Shown: positions 29,854-40,548 of the stretch, in pieces
How positions within the stretch are numbered: the stretch's first letter is position 1
Layout: every line of letters starts with the position of its first letter
IMG/VR virus record: IMGVR_UViG_3300032893_000016
Coordinates: 34,147 to 98,146 of that record
Reading direction: 5' to 3' (one strand)
Length of the DNA stretch: 64,000 nt
Source: a virus
Notes under the pieces: generated by a model
Database searches by the model: none
Told to the model about the DNA's origin: nothing
What the model saw: the letters and a program-made list of their open reading frames with translations, nothing else
Program-made: the position numbers and the translations under genes

Positions 29854-30519
29854 CTACTCGCCGTTGACGGCCTTGGCGATGTCCTTGGGGTTGACGTCGT
29901 TATCAGCCATGAACACCGCGACGTGCACGAACGCACCGCGGGCCTGCCGCAGCGTACCGACCGGCATGTCGATACCCTTGGCCTTGACCTTGTTGGCCAG
30001 CGCTTCGATGCTGTCGCCGGGCTTGGCCGCGATCAGCTTCCAGACGGCCTTGATCTTGCCGTCCTTCTTGGGCGGAGCGCCCTTCTTCTTCGCGGGAGCC
30101 TTCTCAGCGGGGGCCTTGTTGGCAGCGGGCTTCTTGCCTTTGCCCTTGCTTGCCGCCTGCTTCTTTTTTCCAGATGCCACGGTACTATCTTCCTTCTTGT
30201 CATCGCCGGCACCATCACCGGCATCAGGCGCAGCCGCTCCGGTACCATTGGTCGACTTGTCTTCGGACTCACTATCGTCCGAAGCCGCATCCGGGAACGG
30301 CAGGAACGGCTTCTTGTCCCGAAAGGGGATGATAAGCCCCGTCTCGGCAAATTGCTGTCCAGCAGATCCAAGGCTGGCCCAATCATCATCCGACGCTGCG
30401 GACAACCCCTTGGCTAACCTACCCAGGTACTCATCGCGGTCTTCACCCTTCTTGGGCGTGACCTTGGCCACCTCTTGGAACTGTTTTTCCAATGGTGACA
30501 CGGCCTTCTCTGTTGCCAT
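29854..30519 (-). CDS. Lys/Ala-rich putative DNA-binding protein
   Basis: Histone-like KKPAANKAPAEKAPAKKK linker; N-terminal domain shared with 41540-41926. Confidence 0.6.
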   Translation of the reverse strand: MATEKAVSPLEKQFQEVAKVTPKKGEDRDEYLGRLAKGLSAASDDDWASLGSAGQQFAETGLIIPFRDKKPFLPFPDAASDDSESEDKSTNGTGAAAPDAGDGAGDDKKEDSTVASGKKKQAASKGKGKKPAANKAPAEKAPAKKKGAPPKKDGKIKAVWKLIAAKPGDSIEALANKVKAKGIDMPVGTLRQARGAFVHVAVFMADNDVNPKDIAKAVNGE

Positions 30520-30611
30520 TCTGGTAATCCTATGTTGAAACAGCGGCGGGTTGGCTGCCGTCGCTTATATCATACCTACGTGATTTAGTTCCTATTGGCA
30601 AGTACGCACCA

Positions 30612-31163
30612 TTAGGTACCAACGGCCGGGTACGCGGCGGCACAATTGGGAGTTTCCCACACAATGATCTGCCGGAGCCTTGCTTTTGTTGCGCTTCTCG
30701 CCTTAACACGCGGCTCCAACAAAAAATACCAATGTTTGGCAAGATTCTCAGCGGTGGGCGTAAAGTCAACTATGTACATCTTCAGATCACCCAGCCCCTT
30801 CGCCTCCACGGTCGATACTGCATCAGGCTCGCCACTAAACTTACGGTTGATCAACCATTTAACTGCATTATCAATCAGCTCAGGAATTGCACCACCAGCA
30901 ATCAGCATCGGCCGAAGCAAAGGATCATCGTACTTGAGAATGGTGCCATGATCACAAGGCTTGTCAATCTTGTCCATCATTTCCTCTTTGAGGAAACCGA
31001 AGTCAAGGAGCATGCCGGTCTGCTCGCCGGTGTCATGCAGCTCTTGGCCTTCACAAACAGCCTGTATCGTGTAACGGTGGCCATGCGGGTTCCGGCACTT
31101 GCTGCCATGATCCTGAATGCGATGACCGGCGTCGATGCCGATCTCTCGCGTGATGGTGAACAT
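30612..31163 (-). CDS. queD: 6-carboxytetrahydropterin synthase
   Basis: AGHR...CRNPHGHRY, DFGFLK, DH, PTAENLA, VWET. Confidence 0.93.
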   Translation of the reverse strand: MFTITREIGIDAGHRIQDHGSKCRNPHGHRYTIQAVCEGQELHDTGEQTGMLLDFGFLKEEMMDKIDKPCDHGTILKYDDPLLRPMLIAGGAIPELIDNAVKWLINRKFSGEPDAVSTVEAKGLGDLKMYIVDFTPTAENLAKHWYFLLEPRVKARSATKARLRQIIVWETPNCAAAYPAVGT

Positions 31164-31172
31164 GGGGGCTCC

Positions 31173-31907
31173 TTACTTCGTCTGGCTAATCATACTATCC
31201 GACGAAAGGACCTGATGTACGTCATGGCAGACGGACAGCAAAAACCCCTCCCACGTCGGGGGAGGGGGAGGCATTTGGCCGACGCCCATGAAGTGTGCCT
31301 TGAACATTGCCGCCAGATCAACCTTCTTGGGGTCGGCGGAAATGGCGCGGCAAAGCTTCTCATTTGTACTCTCGCGCAAACCGCGGCGGTCACGCCGGCA
31401 CGGCCTGTTGATTTGGCGTTGGCCAATGTCCGTCATGAAGATACGCATCAACTCACCAAGCTCAGCGGGCGCGGAGGCAATCTTCTGCATGATCGTGCCC
31501 AGCTCAGGCTCCATGGCCGTAAGGGGCACGTTCTCATAAAAGCGCTCTTCGGATTGATCGGCCCCCAACACCTGCGACACCGCCAACTCCAGAACACGGA
31601 CACGCGTCTTGGTCTTGTCCTTGTTGAGCATCGTCATTTCAGGGGTGCGCTGGTTGGAAAGGTCGTTAATATGATTGCTATACATCCGCTTGAAAAGACC
31701 CATCACGTGACGGGCATCGGTAATATCCGGATAACTTCTGCGGAGCTCCGCAAACTTTACGTACCCATCTTGGATCAAATCTTCCAACTGATAAAAGCTG
31801 GCCACCCGCCACAGATTGCGATGCGCGTAGGACACCATCCATCCGCGGATGCCGTTGTCCATGAGCGGGTCGGTCTTCTCGTTGTCAGTCTTTCCCCTTC
31901 GCGGCAT
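31173..31907 (-). CDS. Sigma70 region-2-like protein (putative phage sigma factor)
   Basis: LEDLIQDGYVKF...FKRMYSNHINDL. Confidence 0.5.
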   Translation of the reverse strand: MPRRGKTDNEKTDPLMDNGIRGWMVSYAHRNLWRVASFYQLEDLIQDGYVKFAELRRSYPDITDARHVMGLFKRMYSNHINDLSNQRTPEMTMLNKDKTKTRVRVLELAVSQVLGADQSEERFYENVPLTAMEPELGTIMQKIASAPAELGELMRIFMTDIGQRQINRPCRRDRRGLRESTNEKLCRAISADPKKVDLAAMFKAHFMGVGQMPPPPPTWEGFLLSVCHDVHQVLSSDSMISQTK

Positions 31908-32153
31908 TTTCTTCTTATCCCGTCCCTAAAAAAGTCCAAGCCCCGACGAATATCAAAATATCACTGCCGAGCACCGTTGGCATCCCCCTCGGCAGCAAGG
32001 GACTTGTATGAGCAACCCATGTCCTCAGGAGGGATGGGGGCTGCACCATGCCGGGTGCGGTGTTCACCATTCTGAAAAGAAAATTGCCTCACCCTCAACA
32101 GGCGCGGCGGTCACCATCATATGCTTTTTGCTGGACGCGACGCAAGGGAAATC

Positions 32154-33173
32154 TTAGCGCAAATTTCTTAATTCACGAACTTGTTGGGGAGAGAACAGCG
32201 CGGGGTCCTTTTCTGTCTTCATCATGTGTACCTTAAAGCCAAAGTGCGCCACCCGATCATTAATACTAAAAGCATCCAACGAAGCGTCGCGATCCAAAAG
32301 TACAATCTTGCGCTTAAAGCGGTCGGACAGATCGCCCAACAACGACGCCTGCATGCGCGACATATTCTTTCCAAACAAGCATGTGGCCCTGATTCCAAAC
32401 TCTCTGCCAAAGAAGTCGACGCGCATCGCATCGAAGGGGCCTTCCACCACGACGAGCGTTTCATCGTGCGCACGATCGAGCTCCTGGTAGTTCCAAAGGC
32501 AATCTGTGATGACACGCAGCGCGGGTGGTGTTCCCTCAGCGCGGGCCTTGTCCTCTTTTGTCGTCAAAGTCTTGTAGCGGGGAATTGCTTTTTGCCCGAT
32601 TGCTCGGCCTGTCCAGTTGACCAGACCCTCCTTCATAAATATGGGGATAACTATGCGGTTGGCGAACGGCCCCATGCGGGCGGCCCGCAAGTGGTAATCG
32701 TGCGCCAGCCCCAAGACTTCGGCATCCTCGTAATCTCGGTCTTCTGAAATCAAGTAGTTCCAAAAAGGCAGGCTCTTACGATCGTCGGAAATAGGAAACA
32801 TATCCTTCATGAAACCTAGCTTCGCAGACCGCTTGGGAGCCTCGCTGGCAGCCAACCCCAACACTTGGGCAAGCTGGTCGCCGAAGCCCTCCTCCGGGCC
32901 TAGCGCGGCCTCCGGCTTGGAGCCTGCTAGGCGGTGGGCCTCTTCCATGGAGCAGCCGATCAGGGCGTGGATCAGCCGGGCGGCCGAGCGCCCGCGGTGG
33001 GTGGAGTTGCGCCAGCACCCCCACCCTTTTCCTTCGAGGCTGATGCCTAGGTGGAAGCTGGTGTCAGACGAGCCACATAGAGGGCAACGGATGTTGATAT
33101 TGCCCTTGGCGACGTTGGGGCCTTGCTCAATAAAGGCGATGCCGTGGTTCGTCAGAAAGCGTCGCCAGTCCAT
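32154..33173 (-). CDS. DNA primase
   Basis: Zinc finger CPLC..H...C, RIVIP, WTGR, TOPRIM VVEGPFDA and LDRD. Confidence 0.9.
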   Translation of the reverse strand: MDWRRFLTNHGIAFIEQGPNVAKGNINIRCPLCGSSDTSFHLGISLEGKGWGCWRNSTHRGRSAARLIHALIGCSMEEAHRLAGSKPEAALGPEEGFGDQLAQVLGLAASEAPKRSAKLGFMKDMFPISDDRKSLPFWNYLISEDRDYEDAEVLGLAHDYHLRAARMGPFANRIVIPIFMKEGLVNWTGRAIGQKAIPRYKTLTTKEDKARAEGTPPALRVITDCLWNYQELDRAHDETLVVVEGPFDAMRVDFFGREFGIRATCLFGKNMSRMQASLLGDLSDRFKRKIVLLDRDASLDAFSINDRVAHFGFKVHMMKTEKDPALFSPQQVRELRNLR

Positions 33174-33181
33174 GCAAAGAC

Positions 33182-34476
33182 TTACCAGCGGCAGGTGGCG
33201 AACGTTTCCACTTGGTCGATGTCAGCGGCGGGGATGGCGGTCTGATCCCCATACTCGTTAACGATCACGACAAATGCGCCCTCGTACTTTACTGCCAGAT
33301 CATAGCTACCGCCAGCGCGGGGACGGTGCTTGAACTCTCGCACCGTCCCATCCTTCATTGTGACCGTAACGTCCACTACTGCGCCTGTGCCTTGCCACCA
33401 AGGTCGACGACCAGCGGCTTGATGTTAAGGTCGAACGGCTGAGTGGAATAAAGGTACTTACCATTCCACTGGACATAGGCATCGCTGGTCGTGTGACAAT
33501 AGATGTACGGATCAGACGGACCATAAGTGCCATCCTCGCCGGGGCCTTCCACCCTCTCCCACGATCCACCCAAGTTCATGCCTTCATTATTCTCATCATG
33601 ACCGTAAGCCCTGATCCACTCGACACGCGCCGACTGTGTCAGCCGCTTTGAGCCCGACGTGCACTTGCCCTTCACCGCATAATACTGGATCGGACGGCCG
33701 TCATCGGAAAGAAAGACGATGTAGCCGACAAGGCCCGGCTTGCCCATCGTGGTACGCTTGAAGGCTATGTTGTCCGCCTCGTTGTTCTCAGTCGTGGCGG
33801 CGTCAACCTGCTTGGCCAGATCCAAGCTTTGACGTTCAGCATTGGTCGGCGGTGCCGAACTGGCGCAGCCGTCGCTCTCATGTCCCTTACTCGCACCCAT
33901 CAGCAGGATGGTACCGGCGAGCAGGAGGGGTATGGCAAAAATCCTACGCATGTCTGTGTTGCTCCTTCTTTGGTGCCGCTACTTAGCGGCGGGCGGATCA
34001 CACCAATTAGGCGGGTATGACGAAGGCAGCGGTGTCCATGCCGACGTCGACGCCGGAAGCCAACGCTCCGGGTTTCTGAAAAAGCCTGCATCAAGCCGAG
34101 CAGCGCGGGAGTTATACTGGCCCACCCAATCGAGGCAGGTTTGCATGACGCCCGTCAATTCGGTCTGCCGGGCCATCGCGCGATCCTTATCGTTGACCTC
34201 GGCCCACCTCTCTAGCGCTGCGGCGTTCTTGATCTTATTGGGGAACAAGTCAAGAGAGGCGCTGGTATCGTGGAACCATTTGTACTGGGTCAGCATGTTG
34301 TCGGCGTCGATGATCTTGTTGACCACCCGCGCACCTTGCTGGACAGGATTGGTAATGGTGTGCAGAAAGCAGCCCACCACGCCGACAGCCGTCAAGCTGC
34401 AAAGCAAAAGAACCAAGACACGTGTCAAGGTCCAGAACGGCCTCTTCTCGAAGCCTTCTTCATAATCGTAGCCCAT
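33182..34476 (-). other. Three hypothetical CDSs (33182-33376; 33376-33951 with signal peptide; 33979-34476 with TM segment)
   Basis: Consecutive ORFs with hydrophobic N-termini. Confidence 0.6.
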
Positions 34477-34486
34477 GTACGCTCCT

Positions 34487-35860
34487 TCAGATTGTAGGGG
34501 GCAGGACGCCGGCGTCCTTCAAATCCTGAACACGAACCGGCAACTCATTCGGGACCTCACGCGACCCAGCCAAAGCGTTGTGGACAATTTGACAGGCCCT
34601 TTCCCTAGTATATACTCCGGCCCGGCTAATGTTGGTTATGTACCCACACTCGGCAGGCCCCCACCAACCACTATGCTCGTGGGACCAAATTAGATAACGA
34701 TCATCCTGCATCATAGGGCTCCTATTCCGAGCCGTATTCGGCTGAAATTTCGTCGCGCAATTCTTCCGGGGTGTCGGCTGCGTAGGTGGCGACATGCGCG
34801 CTATAACAGCGGACAGCGGCCTTAAACTTGCCGCCCTCAAACCAGCATTGGGCATTGAAGTTCCAGCCCGGATAGTTGGCCGTGACATGTTCGACTTTCA
34901 TACGCGCGGCGATCTTCTGATCCACCTCGCCGTCGAAATTGGACATAAGGTTGTCACCAGCATCTGGCCAATCGTGCGGATAATCAGCTAGTTCTACTTT
35001 TGGCATCTGTCCCTCCATTACTGCTGGCGGTTAAATTCATAGATGTATTCGCAGCGACGATATGCTGCGCCCGCTGCCTGACTGTCGTCGTCAAACCGCT
35101 GCCGATGTGCATCATCCAGACATCCTCGACACGGGCGAGCATCTTTCCGTCTTTGTCGAATAGCTCGACCGCGCGGCGCTTCATGTCGGGATTAGTCCAG
35201 ACGCGGACATTGTTGACGCAGGCCAGATCAGCTGGCCTTGCTCTCTCCGGTTCTACGGTTGCAAATCCCATTTTGTGGCTCCGATTATCGAACTTCGATG
35301 GTTGGAATTAGGGCGACAATTGGCGCGTCGAACTTATCGACGGCTCGAACAGCAGCGATGGCGCAAAGGTCCGCAATGCAAGGAATGTGATAGCCGTGCC
35401 GTTCTAGGACCGGCATCATCGCCTCACGCGCCGCATCGACCTTTTTATAATTAAGATCGTGGGTAGCGCTTCGCACTGCTATAAATCCAAGTTTGAGTGT
35501 CACTCTTGCGACATTGTCTTCATCGATCCAGTCAACCTCACCGCAGTTCTTTGGATCAGAACAGTTTCGGTAGCCAATTTTATTGCACTCTCTACAGCGC
35601 GGCATAGGGCTCGTCTAGTTTTGGGGTTGAAGGGAAAGATAAAGCGCATCGAACTCGCGCCCGGTAACATCGCTGCAATAGGGCTTGTCGTTGTCGCCAA
35701 CCGGGCTGTTGTCTATTAGGTCGCGGGCAGCGGCCTCAATCTTCCGAAGGCGAATGATCTCGTCAACCAAGACATTGGCCTCGCCTTGAGACAGAGCCAA
35801 GCAACCATCCCTGCTGTCCCTGATGATGCGGTCTACGCTCGGCTTCGTCATTTGTGGCTC
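34487..35860 (-). other. Run of small hypothetical CDSs (about 34487-34714, 34722-35018, 34984-35271, 35285-35605, 35615-35851)
   Basis: Tightly packed minus-strand ORFs. Confidence 0.5.
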
Positions 35861-35864
35861 GCTT

Positions 35865-36065
35865 TCAGTTGACGGTTGCATGGAGAGGGACGCGCATATT
35901 CCAGTGGTCGCGCGCTTCATCCAGGGTGTGCCAGTAACAGGTCATGGCGTGGCACTTGCCCTCGCACTCGACGCGGTAGCCAGGCCCCGATGGGAAGATG
36001 CTGCCGTGGCACTTCATGCTGGCGAACGATCCGCAGAACGGGCAGCGATCAAGAGTGGTTGGCAA
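35865..36065 (-). CDS. Lar-family restriction alleviation-like zinc protein
   Basis: LDRCPFCG...VEC...C...EARDHWN.R. Confidence 0.65.
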   Translation of the reverse strand: MPTTLDRCPFCGSFASMKCHGSIFPSGPGYRVECEGKCHAMTCYWHTLDEARDHWNMRVPLHATVN

Positions 36066-36484
36066 GATACGCTCCTATCTTTTCCGTGGTGGCGCTGGCG
36101 GCGGTGGCGGCTTAACCGCCTCTGGCGGCATGGGCTGGCTCTGTTTTTTCTTTCCCGACATAGACCCTCCGCTCAGAGTGTTGGACTGTATTGACGGATG
36201 CGGTCGCGCAGATCGTTAAGGCAGCTTTCCGCTTCCTCTGCCCGTTTTCGCCACGCCTCGTATTCCGATTTCCATGTCAGGGCGGCGCGCGCCACGGCTG
36301 CGGCATCATGGAGATTGTATTCTAGCTCGTCCGGCAGGGCACCATTGCATGGGTAGTGTTTCGCGCTGCCGATCAGAATTTCGGCGGTCTGCTGGACCTT
36401 CTTATCGGAGGCGTCGCGTAACTCCGCGAGGCGGTTTGCCTGCCATGTCGGATCGTTGTTGTGGTATCCCATAGAAGGCTCCCT

Positions 36485-36712
36485 TCACGGCTCGCGCGGT
36501 ATTGCGGGTTCGGGCGTGGGCCTCTTTTCGCCCTCGCCACACCAATCTGTTTTGGAGACGATGGGCCACACGGCAACCCAAGGGGCTTTCTGCTCAAGCC
36601 GCTCTTGGGCGATGGTTGAACCAACGGGGCAAGCGCGGCGGCATTGGCTCGTTGGTGTGTCGTAAAATTTGCAGTTCTCGCAATTTGTCATCATCGTTCC
36701 CTCAGTGTGCAA
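36485..36712 (-). CDS. Small cysteine-rich protein
   Basis: CENCKFY...CRRACP...WPIV...DWCGE. Confidence 0.6.
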   Translation of the reverse strand: MHTEGTMMTNCENCKFYDTPTSQCRRACPVGSTIAQERLEQKAPWVAVWPIVSKTDWCGEGEKRPTPEPAIPREP

Positions 36713-37064
36713 AGCAGGCGAAATAGATCAGCCAGGAAAAGAGGAACCAGCAGCCGGCGGCGGGCATATAAAACAGACCGCTAAAGTCCAAGTAGCCGCT
36801 GCTGATCTTTGACAGCAGCCAAGCTGATCCGCCCAGGCTGATGACTAGAAATAAAACCCAAACTGGAATGTGCATTTGGCGCTCCTCAACTATAAGGGGT
36901 TGAAATGACACAATTGCTCTTGTTACAATCGCGAGCCGCCGCGTCAGCACTAGCTTGCGTTCGGTAATTCAGAACGGCCAAACGTTCCTGATTATCAAAC
37001 ACGATCCATTCTCGCTTATGCTGATGAACTGTAAAACGTGGCTGCTGTTGATCCATGTCTTTAC

Positions 37065-37844
37065 CTATGGAGCCTGAAGCTCATGCGAGGCTTCTGATTG
37101 TTCCTGCTTCGCATTCATGGCCGCCAGCGCTTCTTGATAAGGGGTGCGCTCCTCCGGCAGATCGACATTGTACATGCCGGTCACTTTGCCATTGGTCAGC
37201 GTCAGGATGTTACCCTTGACAGGAACCTGCCAACGGTCGAACATGCGCTCCTCCGCCGAACGGTTCGGATCGACCGCGGGCGCATCGTCGAACAGACGCA
37301 GCGTCTGCTTTTTATACTTATCGCCGAGGAACCGATAATTCAGAACGCTGATCGTCGCATCCCAGTCAAAGGCGAACTTGACCAACTGGTCACGATCGTA
37401 AATGCCGATCCGGGTGATGGCCTCAACCGGCACCCTGTTAAGAAAGGCGCATGTGCCCATCGCCTGAAGGCTGAGCTGCCATTTGTCGGAACCAATGTAA
37501 TGCCGCAACGCCTTGCGCTCCTGTTTGGTCAGGTCGATCAGGGACTTGCCGCTGGGGTTGTCCTGACGGTGGGCAACCTGCGCCAGCACATCTTCATCGG
37601 GCACGAGGAAGACCTTGGTGTGACCCAGCTTGTCGGTGTCAATCTCAACGATGATGCCGCCTTCTTTCTCGCCCTTGGCCGCCGTGAAGCAGAAATAGGG
37701 CGCGTAAGCATCCGTCAGGTAGACAGCGTCGCGATTGCTGTTCACCGTGTGCTGCCAGTTCCCCCGGCGTCCAGCACGGGGCTTCAGGCCATCGGTCAAA
37801 ATGCTGTTAAGGAAACGTTCGCCGGTTCCGTGGTATAATTTCAT
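37065..37844 (-). CDS. ADP-ribosyltransferase-fold-like protein
   Basis: LYHGT...IL.DGLKP...VYLT...IIVEID...VPVEAI. Confidence 0.5.
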   Translation of the reverse strand: MKLYHGTGERFLNSILTDGLKPRAGRRGNWQHTVNSNRDAVYLTDAYAPYFCFTAAKGEKEGGIIVEIDTDKLGHTKVFLVPDEDVLAQVAHRQDNPSGKSLIDLTKQERKALRHYIGSDKWQLSLQAMGTCAFLNRVPVEAITRIGIYDRDQLVKFAFDWDATISVLNYRFLGDKYKKQTLRLFDDAPAVDPNRSAEERMFDRWQVPVKGNILTLTNGKVTGMYNVDLPEERTPYQEALAAMNAKQEQSEASHELQAP

Positions 37845-39137
37845 CAGTCGAGCCTCGACACTTCGAAGGAACCATCCTTCTGGAAAATGCCGACCCATGC
37901 GCCATCATACACGACGATCGTCTCATCGCGGAGCTGCGCCTTGGCCAGAACAATCTTCATGGGGTCGCCCGGGTACTTAATGCTGAACTCGGACGGGCCC
38001 GAGCAGCGCCGGAAGCCTTCAAGGGGGCTCCAGCCGCCGCCAAAGCAATACCGATCTTCGATCTGTTGCGCAGCGGAGCGCGGATCATCCTCATTGATGA
38101 AGGCCGGGATGAAGCCCAAGGCTTCAGGGCTGCACTGGGGATGAACAATTTCAAAATTGATCATATCGCCTCCTGAACGAATGATAGCTTTACGTATACC
38201 GGAACGCTGGGGGCCAAGGCCCTCTCTGGCCAACCCTTCAGCTTCACCCAATAGGTAGGCGCGACCGGGTCGGGTTTCAAGTACTCAATCGGTATGAAAT
38301 TGTTGAACCCATCGCGGCGCATGAAATAGAACGCCTCTTCCTGCGCCGCCTTGTTGCGGGAAAGCCACGCCACGGTGACCGCCTGCAAGCCCCGGCCGTC
38401 GGCGGCGTACATAGCCGGGTTCTGCTTTTCGCTGGCGTAGATGTGGGGGATGATGCCGGGTTCGTTCCTGATGCAATAGCAAAGGCGAACTCGGCTCATT
38501 CCCATTTGCCTTTCAGCAAGTCAGTCAACGAAACAAACTTACCTTTGGCAAGAGGGTCCGGCCGACGACCACCGAAGTAGCGATCCAACACCCGCTTGAA
38601 GGCAGCGATGTTCTGTTTGGCCCGCTTCACTGATTCCTCTTTGGCGTTATTGTCATAGGCATCGATCAAACTCTCTTCGGTGTCGATGGCAATGTTCAAC
38701 GCCAGCCGGATCGCCTTTCTGTCGGTCAGAGCCATCGGATCAATGCAGCCTCCTCCGAACCGCGGCCAAGATGTCCTCCTTCAGTGTCTGGCGTGCGCCT
38801 ATAGGCATACCATTGGGGAGGACTTCGTTCAGCAACATATCCACCGCCTCCGATGGGGGAACGTCATGATGGACGACCCCATCGTGGGCAATGTCGGCGA
38901 GGTGTTCGACTTGCGCGCGGTGCGTCATGCCGCCACCTCATACAGGTTGGAACCATCGTACACAATCTTCCCAATCTCACCAGTGACTTTGGTGTCTTCG
39001 GTGAGGCTGCTGTGCACGAGGTTGGTCTTGAAGGGGAAGCCCTCAAGCTTTTTGGCTTTGCCGATGGCTTCCTTCAAATTGCGCGCCTCGATGAGCACGG
39101 GGATTGATGCGGGGATCAGCGCTTTGAAGGTCTTCAT
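37844..39137 (-). other. Run of small hypothetical CDSs (37844-38164, 38161-38505, 38496-38735, 38740-38928, 38925-39137)
   Basis: Overlapping start/stop codons. Confidence 0.55.
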
Positions 39138-40120
39138 TTCGCCTCCTCCAGCGCCAACTCCAGCGCGTGCTTCTTCATCGAAGCACCCTGCCCGAACCAA
39201 GCGCTATACAAGCGGCCATCATCCGTCCGACCCTGTTCGTGATCGACGACATACGTGACCGCGTTCAGCCAACCCCAAGCCGTGCCTTGGGCGGTCGACG
39301 CCTGCGCACCGGGGGCCTTCTGCAAGGCGTCCTCGAAGCGCTGGATCATCAGCGGCACCTTGGCATCGCCGGACTTGATCGCGTCCAGCGTAGGCTGCTC
39401 GACCTTCAGCAGCTTGTAGAACAGCTTGGTCGTCTTGGCCGCCGTCAGCTCGACCTTGGCCAGCTTGTTGCCGATCTGCTTGATGCTCTCACCGCGCTGG
39501 ATGGCCAAGCCCAAAGCCTGAGTGGCCTTCTCACGCAGCTCCTTGCCGAACACCTGACTATGGGGCATCCGGAAGGCGCGGCCGTCCAACGAACCCTTCG
39601 CGCCGCCGCTGCTCAGCGCCAGCGAGATCGTATTCCAGCACCACTCGCGCGTGGCAATGAACTGCGCCCGCGCCGACTTGCCGCCGACATGGGGGCTGGT
39701 CAGGAGCACGTAGTTGCTCATGCCGTCGCCCTGCTTTGCTGAACCGATATTGTAGGACTCGCCAGCCTTGGCCAGCGCCCACACATATTCGCCGCCGCGC
39801 ACGCTGCCGATGGCTTTCATCTCAAGATCGCCAGCGTTGACGAAGTCGGTGAAAAAGTCGACCGCATCCGAATTTTGCAGCGGCTTGTAACCCTGCCCGA
39901 CAATGGACAGGACCTGATCATTGTCGGCACGGACCAGCCCGAACTTCTTCGCAATGGGCTCAAAGCCCTTGCTGGTCTTCACCGCCAGCTCGCGCTTCTC
40001 GACTTTCCAGTCAAGACCGCTGGCCTTCAACATATCCTTGGGCGAGGTGCCCTTGGGGACTTCGATACCGGAACGGCCCCAAGGGGTTGTGCCGGCGTAG
40101 GCGTTCAAAGTTCTCGTCAT
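39134..40120 (-). CDS. DUF932-family protein
   Basis: TPW..G, SGLDWKV, VGQGYKPLQN, YVLLTSPH.G, WCWNT, GTAWGWLNAVTYVVDH. Confidence 0.85.
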   Translation of the reverse strand: MTRTLNAYAGTTPWGRSGIEVPKGTSPKDMLKASGLDWKVEKRELAVKTSKGFEPIAKKFGLVRADNDQVLSIVGQGYKPLQNSDAVDFFTDFVNAGDLEMKAIGSVRGGEYVWALAKAGESYNIGSAKQGDGMSNYVLLTSPHVGGKSARAQFIATREWCWNTISLALSSGGAKGSLDGRAFRMPHSQVFGKELREKATQALGLAIQRGESIKQIGNKLAKVELTAAKTTKLFYKLLKVEQPTLDAIKSGDAKVPLMIQRFEDALQKAPGAQASTAQGTAWGWLNAVTYVVDHEQGRTDDGRLYSAWFGQGASMKKHALELALEEAK

Positions 40121-40121
40121 T

Positions 40122-40469
40122 TTAAATCTTCTCCTGTTTACGGTTAAGGGGGTGCTCTCCACTATTCCACAGCTTCAGAAACTCGGGCCAATTGTCCCTA
40201 TCCAGAACTGTGCGGCGGCCAGCCTCATTGAAGGCATGAAGGATCCAACCGCGGCTATGCACCAGCGGGGCAGTTTCCACGAAGCTCACCGCCTTCTGCA
40301 GGTCGGTGAACTCTTCGGTGTGGAACTTGCCCGGCCCCGTCCTGACCGTGGCGGAAAAACCAACGGCATCCATGAACACCGCGGTTTCGAACTCCGCCGC
40401 CGTAAGGCTAGGGTCGTCGGGCTTCGCGCCCGGCTTGTAGGCAAATTTGGTTGCGTAACTTTTGGCCAC
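40122..40469 (-). CDS. Hypothetical protein
   Basis: GTG start after GGAGG RBS. Confidence 0.65.
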   Translation of the reverse strand: MAKSYATKFAYKPGAKPDDPSLTAAEFETAVFMDAVGFSATVRTGPGKFHTEEFTDLQKAVSFVETAPLVHSRGWILHAFNEAGRRTVLDRDNWPEFLKLWNSGEHPLNRKQEKI

Positions 40470-40474
40470 TTCAA

Positions 40475-40534
40475 GCCCTCCTGAGGCTTTCGTACTTACC
40501 AGCCAAATATGGGCGGAATAGTGGTTCAGTTCAA
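40475..40534 (-). promoter_or_regulatory. Promoter plus conserved GCCTCAGGAGGGC element
   Basis: TTGAAC-N17-CATATT followed by the 13-mer. Confidence 0.65.
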
Positions 40535-40548
40535 GAACAATAATACCA

